Shown: piece after piece, positions 55,511-64,000 of the stretch
How positions within the stretch are numbered: the first letter of the stretch is position 1
How the letters are laid out: every line of letters begins with the position of its first letter
Source of the DNA: the human T2T-CHM13v2.0 reference genome, Homo sapiens
Length of the DNA stretch: 64,000 nt
Assembly: GCF_009914755.1 (NCBI RefSeq)
Contig: NC_060928.1
Strand: one strand, 5' to 3'
Notes under the pieces: generated by a model
Databases searched by the model: none
What the model saw: the letters and a program-made list of their open reading frames with translations, nothing else
Told to the model about the DNA's origin: nothing
Made by a program: the position numbers and the translations under genes

Positions 55511-57958
55511 TGTTTCTACCAACTTTGCTTAAGTAATGTGAAAAGGTTAAGTTGTCTTAACTGTAAAGAAAAAATGTAAGACTTGAGCCCAGAGTAGCTG
55601 AATACTAATCTCAGCTCTGGCCCTGAGACTAAATATGTTTTTTTAACTTTTTAATTTTTTTACTAAAAATTTTTACTAAAAATTTTTTTTAGTAAATTTT
55701 ACTAAAAATTACTAAAAATTTATTTTACTAATAAATAAATCAGTAACTTGTCCATTATGTTCAAAAGGAAAAATATATATCACAAAAAGCCATATTTTTT
55801 CCAGGTTACTGGAATCTCTACCAAAAGAGATTCCCCAGTAACAGATCTCCAGCTACTTTGAAAAACAAGAGATGGCCCATGAGCTATCATTGGAAAGGCA
55901 AGTAGAAGATCTTAAAAGGGATATCTCAGGAAGAAAAACTAAATATTCTTTTTGGAAAAAAATGTAAAAACTGAGGTAGAGAAATATTACAAAATAATGG
56001 CAGCAGTAAAGAAAATGTACATATAAACAAAGGGGTTTGGTTTTTGTTTTCCTCCTAAATCTTTCTAAAGCATGATAGCCATGTGTGGTCAGCTTGAGAG
56101 TGAGAAGGATCAGAAGCAAATAACTCATGTTTTGTTTTTCCCTCTTAAGTCCCTCCCATCATCTAAGGTATAGACTCAGTGTGTTGTGAAAGAATATAGC
56201 AGCATGCAGCGCAGGTGCCAGAAACAGCCTTGGCCCCATCCATGCTGTATCTCTACACTTACCACTCATAGACACATTTGCTTACAAATCCCAGGGAAGT
56301 ATAAGGAATATGTGCTAGAGGTCGACTAAATACTGGAATTTATACAATTATTAGAATTTCCAGATCTAGAGTAGGAATTCAAGCTACAGCTACAGGGCTA
56401 AGAATTTGATTAATAAAATTCACTGCCCTTGTAAGAGACAGATGTCTTTTAGACCCAAATCTCGAATGTGAATTAATTACAGCATAGTAAGTGGTGTTCA
56501 CATATCTAAAAAAGAAGAATGAATTAATAGAAGCAAATGGTCTATTTAGAAAAGTAGGCAAATAAGATATAAAGAGGGTAAACTGTCAGATTCTGACATT
56601 CAACCAGAAAAGAAAAAGAAATCTGGAACTATGAACCATTTTGAAGAGGTATCTTCTCCCAAAGCTTTCCCGAGAATGTGGTTTTCCCAAGGTGTAGGTG
56701 AACCTAAACCATTTTATTTCCTTTATCAATTCCATTTACCAAGGAAAATCTGATTACTAATTTCCTTCCAGAACCCTCCTGGAGCTAAAACTCAAACATT
56801 CCATCACATATATACAGTCTCCAAGTGTAAATTAATTATTTTGACTACTGTATTATGTTAAATTTTCTGTAGCTTCATAATGGACCAATATCTACTCACT
56901 TCATAAGAAGTGAAGTGGTTGTAGTAACCACTGGTTTTGCTAACAACATCTTCTGCCAGGACTGCAAGTCTAAGGCACTTCATTTTAATTGCCTAATCAA
57001 TCTCCAGAGTTGGTGCCTCTGAAAGATAAACCTACATCCCTTCTCTAACCCTTAATATCAACTGTATTCAAACTGGACATAATATATTATTTTGTGTTTT
57101 GTACTTCCAGGGTTATTAACCAAACAGAGATGATTATAATATTATGGCATACAAAATATGTCAAAATATATTTTCATTATAAAGCTAGAGATAGGAGTTA
57201 CTTTTTAAAATCTTAAAATATAAAAGATCTATGCTGTTAAAAAATCAACAAAAGAATTTTTAGAAATATTTTCTTGATATCCTTAACAGGATGGATCTTC
57301 TGTATTTTAACTATGATTGACAGTTTTCTAATTCTTTTCTTCATATGGCTTAAGAAATCTGATATCAAGTTAATACATTAGTTAAGAGTCACTAAATTTT
57401 GAATGAAGTTAAATTACATTAAATTCAAATGAGTTTTTAATTTACTAGTTTAAATTAATTACAACTAAATTCTTAATTCTGAAATTAGATCATTTTCCTA
57501 ATGCACATAGGCATGCTTTGGATAACTTTAGGACAAGCAAGAACATTAAGGAAACTTCAAGAAAGGATGTTTCTCATTTGCTCATCAGGAAATGTCCATA
57601 TATGTACAAGATGTTTTACTTTTCTTTAGAAAGCATCGCCACTTGAAATTACAGAAATCATTGATTCTTCTTGCTGTCCAAAACACAGATGTATGCTGTT
57701 TAATTTATCCACTTTAAAGGCATTTACAATTCTTTTAGACTATTTAGTTAGCTTATCAAAACAAGTTATTCGGCGGCCTACAAGATTGACTAATATGTTT
57801 TAAACATACTTTTAAAATAAAACTTTTAACTACATCCTATAGAAAACCAAGAAGCATTTGAAACATTATAAGTGCTTCCCTTTCTGATATTCAGAACTGT
57901 ATCTCTTTTTAGAAATTATACGAAGGCTCAGAGTTTCCTTTCCTTTTCTCCTAATTAA

Positions 57959-58293
<335 letters not shown>

Positions 58294-61015
58294 AACTTCT
58301 TCTTTCTTTAAGAGTGCCCACTAACTCCCATTGTGACACATTAGAGTGTTTTTTGACCCTGAAAGAAACAAAGCTATACATGTTTTAATAATTCAAGATA
58401 TTTGTGAAGATGTTTAAAGATGTGGATTAATACCCATATCTTGATAACAATTGTGGCTAATTTTACTTAACAAAGAATAATTTCATTATTATTTCTAACA
58501 TGAATAAAAAACATTTGTTTGCTCTTAAAAATTATATAAGCCATCTCAATTTATCTAATTCAGGCCAAGTAGACATCTACAGAAAGAGATTTCTGGCGAA
58601 GACCTGGAATTGACACAATGTTGTTTTCTTTTCCAAATATTACTCAGATGCTGATCATTCCAGATACCAAACAAATTTGCCACCCAATATGTTCACATAA
58701 AGTTTTCTTCAACATTATCTTAAATTTATCCAGAAATTTATACTGTGAGTAAGCAATGTATAACTTTTATGAATCTTGCTTTTGGCATTTCTATACCTAT
58801 TTGCAGAATTGATCAGTGTACCCCACCTTCCCCACCTAACACCAACAAACTTAAGAGAAACCTGTTTCATATTCTAATAATCGCATTTCCAAGTCAAAGG
58901 AAACAGACACTCTAGAGAATGTGCCTGAGCATTCTGGGCTGCTGAAGTTTCTTTACAAAGATTTTTAATTCTCAGAAATTCCAGAAATATTTGATGTGTT
59001 TATGATGAGGCAATTACTAATGTAAAAGTATCTCTTGCACTAACTTAGAGAAATCTCTCAAAGTTATCTACAAATTCTAGCCACATCAAGAACTCATTGC
59101 CATTCAATGACATTTTCAAAATCAGTTCAAATAAAGTAGAAAGAGGCTGCAAATATATTTTCTCATTTGAAGATGTACTCAAATTTATTAGTCTTTTCCT
59201 TTCAAACACTCCTTGACACTACACTCCCATTTCCTTTATTTTATTTGCTTTATTTTTTGTCTGCTGCTCCCTCTGTCTCCAGCAGCTATTCTTGAGGGAA
59301 AAAAAAGGTTAACATGTAGAACTGGAGGTAGACAAAGCCCATATCCTACAAAGCTAAGGACACCTGAGGACTAGAAAATAGTTATGTTAAAGAGACAAGA
59401 AGATTACAGTTTCTGGCATTCTATCTCAAGCTCCCTTTTAGGTGAACACGACAACATTTATGATATTTCCACTCAATATCCTTGACTGTGTTGAGTTCAA
59501 TCCCTTTCTTAAAAACCTTTGAAATAAGTTTCCAGCATATGATCTTTCAAGCAGTTTAACTTAGAACAACTGCCACTAAATTTCCCTGCAAAATAAAGGC
59601 TCACCGTAAGAAGTTGAAAATTATAACCTGTGTGAAGTTTCAAAGAAAGCTTTTTGTCATGAGGAACAAAATATAAATGTACAGATATCAAACAACAGTC
59701 ATACACAACCATGCACTGCCAACGAATGAAGTGCAAATAGATCTTATGAGGCTCTAACTCATGTTATGTATTCAGTGTCATAACTGGCTTCTCTGTCCCT
59801 TTGTTAAGACAGTTATATTCAAATATCCTAGTTTAATGGGCAGTGAGGAAAACCAGCCAGCATCACCAGTTCCACTATGTGAAAATGTACCACAGCAATG
59901 TCCAGAGCCAACCCAAAACAGCCGGTTGTAACCCACAAGCCATAAAAGTCAAAAGTGACTCCATAGATTGTTTAGAAAAAGAGGCAAAAGTTTCCATCTG
60001 TCAAGTAGGAAGTGTCCCTATGGATCTGGCTCCTCTCTTCATTCACAAAATAGAGGTGAAGTTTAATATGTCCCTGCCAGTTATAAGTAATTCTCTTCCA
60101 ATCTACTGTTACACACTGACAGCTGGGATCCAGCTGCTCTGAAGCCCTTGCCATGTCCCACGGTGCAGAGAGCAGTGTTGGCAACAGTGGCTTGGCTCTC
60201 TGATTTTATTAAATTAAACCTCCTCTTACCTCGACTTCCTTGTTCTTCTCTTTGTTTCTGCCCATTGAATTTCTCCCATTGCTGGCAGTCTCCCGTGCTG
60301 GGATTACGGAAATCTGGTGGAGGGGCATATTGGCAGGGCTGCAGGTGGCCAATCCCTGATTGGATGCCTTATCTCTTCACTCGCCCTGAGTAGCCCACCT
60401 GCACAATTGTTCATATCCTTGCTTTGCCAAGCTCAGGTCTAAACAAAGAGGGGAAAAATAGTGTTTGAGACACTGTGCAGCAGAGGCCAGAGTCTTCTGG
60501 TCAAAATGTTAAACACATTGAAAGGGGAGTTAAAAGAAATGCAAGAACAAATAATCCAGGGAGTACTGCATTCTCCAAAGGATGATTTACTGCAAGTCAT
60601 AATTGAACTGCTTTGTCACTGGAGCACCCCCTCTCCCCTAAGAGCATTGTGGGAGACAATTCAATTTCTATGGTACCTAATAACTGTCATGGAAACCAAG
60701 GAAACCTAGGTCTCACAGGCCCTTATTAGCAACTGCTTCCTTTAATGGCACAGACTCCCACATTTGCAGCGGCTGCCGCTTTGTTTTTGTTTCTCCTGAT
60801 TCCCCAGGAGTCCACTAAGCACCCAGAGACACTGCATCTTGCTGACTACGTAAATAAGCAGACGGCTGAAAAGCTTAGTGTCCTATTTGGAGCCAAATCT
60901 CTTCCTTGAGAAGCGCGGCTAGCTGGCTGTGTCCTTCATGCATCTACAATAATCTGCTTAGGTCAAAGGATCTGCCTTGAAGTGAAGAGCATCGCATGAG
61001 ATCGAATGAGGTGTT

Positions 61016-61041
61016 GAGAGAGAGAGAGAGAGAGAGAGAGA
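61016..61041. repeat. (GA)n microsatellite
   Basis: About 13 perfect GA units. Confidence 0.9.
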
Positions 61042-61954
61042 AAAGAAGAGAGACCTGGAGCAATTGCAGATGTCTTTTTCTGGATGGTTGTAAAGAGAGT
61101 TAACCATTCAGTGCACCTTTCTTACTAAAACATCAGCAACAGGAGTCAGAAGGCATCAGTTAGCCTGAAGCATAGAGCTCTATACTACTCATTTCAGCTT
61201 TATTGCAACTTCTGTGCTCCCCGAAATATATGTTTGAATTACTAGCAGCTTCTCCTTGCTTTTCCATAAAGGAAACAGACTTTACTATTACTGTCCTCTC
61301 AAAAGTTATACAATTTGGAAGAAGTAAATGGTTAATCAGAACTTCTGCTTTTTAAATTTAAAAAAAATTCCTTTTAAAACATCCTACTCTCTCAGTGAAG
61401 TAAATTCTTAAATTACATTAACTTTGTAAAAATAACTTTCCCGCATGATTATTCCCTCTTTTTCAGGGTGTTTGGCACTCTGTCTTTAAAAGGACAGAAT
61501 TTTCTTTTCTCATTTTGAGATGTACATTGTATATTTTCTGCATATTGTGAATAGATCAGATCTCCCACTGTTTTTTGTGTTTGTTCACCCCAAATGAAGC
61601 ATAATTCAGAAAGTTCCTCGTTTTTATATACTCAAGTACTGCTTATAAGTTAGAATTTTTCCCTAATCACAGAGATCTTCAAAGTGATTTCTAGTTGCAA
61701 TTCATCTCTACCTGTCTTTGTATTATACAGCAATAATATCATTTCCATTATGACATTACAATTTGTTTAAACTCAGGATAGAGATAAAATGTGAAAAAAG
61801 ATCTGTACTGCTGTTGGCAATAAAGCCAAAAACAATATATGTAAAGACTGAATTAACATCTTCAATTTAAATATTCACACTGAAATAAACATTTCAATGT
61901 ATTTACAACTTTGGTCCAAATATGTTTTCATTTCAACCTAAATTAGCCACCTGC

Positions 61955-62140
61955 CCATGGTTCTAACCCCTACCATCCATCAAGATCAGCTAGGGAGATT
62001 TTATAATGCATAGATCCCTAACAGACACATTTTCAGGAGGGCTGCAGTGGAGACAAGAAGGGTACAGTTCTGAAGTGGACAGTTAAAAAAAAAAATTACA
62101 GATGTTTCTGATACAAACCAATTTTGAGAACCATTCCAGT
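61955..62140. mobile_element. MER5-like fragment
   Basis: 'catggttctaaccc..catcaagatcagctagggagatttt..aatgcatagat..ttctgat..ttttgagaaccatt'. Confidence 0.5.
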
Positions 62141-63788
62141 GCATCACGAAAATAACCTCAGCACAATAAGCTCATTAAAGTTCATATAGAGACAAATCTC
62201 TTGCTTAAAATAGTTTTAAAAAATAGGTGCCTCAAACCTGGCATTTATTCATCATCATACTTAAGCTTACAGAATGTATTTGTGACATACAGGAGCTTTA
62301 ATGAAAGGACTAAAAAGCCAGCCTTTGCCAAAAATGCCATGTCTACAGTTAAAACTAATAATTCTTAAATTTTCTGTAGCTTAATGTTCACATCTGTGGC
62401 CTGTGTGAGAAGTTCCTTAATTTAATAATTTTTAATCCCTCTATCTAGAAGGACTGTCTTAATTAAGAGAATGCTGGAAATAGAAGTCTGTAAATCTAAC
62501 AGTGTGTGACAAATACTAAAATGTAAATTATGAAACTCTTTAGAAAAGTAATATTGTCAGTGTTTAGGTCCATGAAATGTCCTCTGAAAAGCCAAGGCAG
62601 CTTTCCAGATAAATTCAGACTTCAGTAGTTTTGCTTAAAATATTCATTAAAGTTATAGGAAAGAAGATTTTTAGCTTGAATTAACTAAATGGCTGTCTTA
62701 ATCCTTTACCTCATTATGCATATGAGGTTATCCTTTGTTTGCTATGAGATTTTTCAGAAATCAGATTTTAATTTTGAGTTAATTTGATTTATGTGGTTGA
62801 GTTATTTCAATTAGCTTTCTTTTATCCTAAAATTTAAAATATAAATTGAATTTCTGGAAAAGTGAATTTATTTCTTAGAGTATTTTACATGGTAAACAAG
62901 AAGAGGTTTGTTATATCTTTTTAAGCAAATGTTTTAGCAATAACTTAAGAAAAATTAATAATCAGTCTGTTTAATAAATATTTATCTAACATTGTATTAG
63001 GTATTGCCACAAATTGAACTTTTAAAATTTTCCAACTGTATCAGGGGAAAAACATGCTTTTAATACTTTGTACATTCTAATACTTCGCTGCCTTGGAACA
63101 CTGAATACACATCAGCTAATATCAATGTCTTGCACTTACCTAATACCTTTCCTCAAGCAGCTTCCATAGTGCTCTGCCAACTAAAAACAATCAGAAGTCT
63201 CTGGGGTGACTCATTATGTAACAAACTCAAACTAAGAAAATTGTTGTGGAATGCATTTCTCCTATGGGAGCATAGTTCATCTTGTATAGTAATTAAACCC
63301 TGTGGAGTCACAAGGAGCAATGGACCCAGCAACTGAGCACTGACAGACACTGGCCAGAATAATCGTGGATACAGGAATCATTCAGCTCATCTGCATCTAC
63401 ATATGTGATCACATTATGTGATCCAGATTTTTAAACTTGATTTTTGTGGAAACTATGGACTATAATTACTGTTGAAATCATCCTGGAACATTCACTCTTC
63501 ACTGACTACTTTTTCCATATACATGTCTAAATTGTATTTGTTTTGCTTCTACATTCTGGCTTCCAGCCCTCGGCTCTGGGGACAGGTTCCTCATTCCCAC
63601 CTCTGGCTCCAAAATTTGGCATTTTTACATATTAACTCTAATACTCAGACCTCAGTTTTCCCCCAAGAGATTCTGATTTGGTGCTGTTCCTTATTCTCAG
63701 TGGCCTAGGCTGTCTCTAGTTTAAAAGGTAAACAAAGAAAAATATGCATCTCTGGTAGCATAAGACCAGCTTGATCTTTGTCAGCTGC

Positions 63789-63810
63789 AAAAAAAAAAAA
63801 AAAAAAAAAA
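63789..63810. repeat. Poly-A tract (A22)
   Basis: Directly visible; no recognisable SINE body upstream. Confidence 0.85.
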
Positions 63811-64000
63811 GGCCTCCAAAGCATTTATTTTGATCGCAATTAATCAAGAAAGGAAACCCAGTGTTGGGCCAAGACAAGGAACCAAGTAAACATCTGCTAA
63901 CACATTAAATGGATAGACTGAAAATTCAATTCGATAAACATTTGTTAAGCATCTTCTGTGTTTTCTGAACCATGCTAGGAATTAATGGGCAGCAGGTAAT

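Noticed and set aside
63760-63815. A22 as the tail of a processed pseudogene
   Set aside because: No upstream poly(A) signal at the proper spacing, no TSD and no coding similarity.

Overview
Primate (human-like), AT-rich, repeat-dense intergenic or intronic DNA. I find no intact protein-coding gene, RNA gene, CRISPR array or prokaryotic system. The only gene-derived sequence is a processed pseudogene of YWHAQ (14-3-3 theta) at about 4244-6014. It sits inside a near full-length minus-strand Tigger1 DNA transposon (3647-8164). That Tigger1 splits an MLT2 LTR, which appears to split the LTR of a very old ERVL provirus remnant extending to about 12 kb. The rest of the window holds MaLR/ERV LTRs (THE1, MLT1, MLT2, MER52A, and a two-LTR MLT1 element at 45.8-48.7 kb), five L1PA pieces (two with 5' inversions), five Alus, MIR/L2/MER5/MER58 relics and microsatellites. 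Most ORFs in the supplied track are repeat-derived or chance. The most unusual observations are: the deep nested-insertion stack; the pseudogene's re-created strong-Kozak ATG opening a 215-codon, probably ligand-dead 14-3-3 frame; short fold-back templated-insertion-like scars (6493-6570, 55661-55733); a clean twin-primed L1PA2; and a few repeat-free, motif-dense candidate enhancers. I cannot support a claim of a new biological system. Repeat subfamily calls come from recalled consensus sequences and need RepeatMasker/Dfam confirmation.
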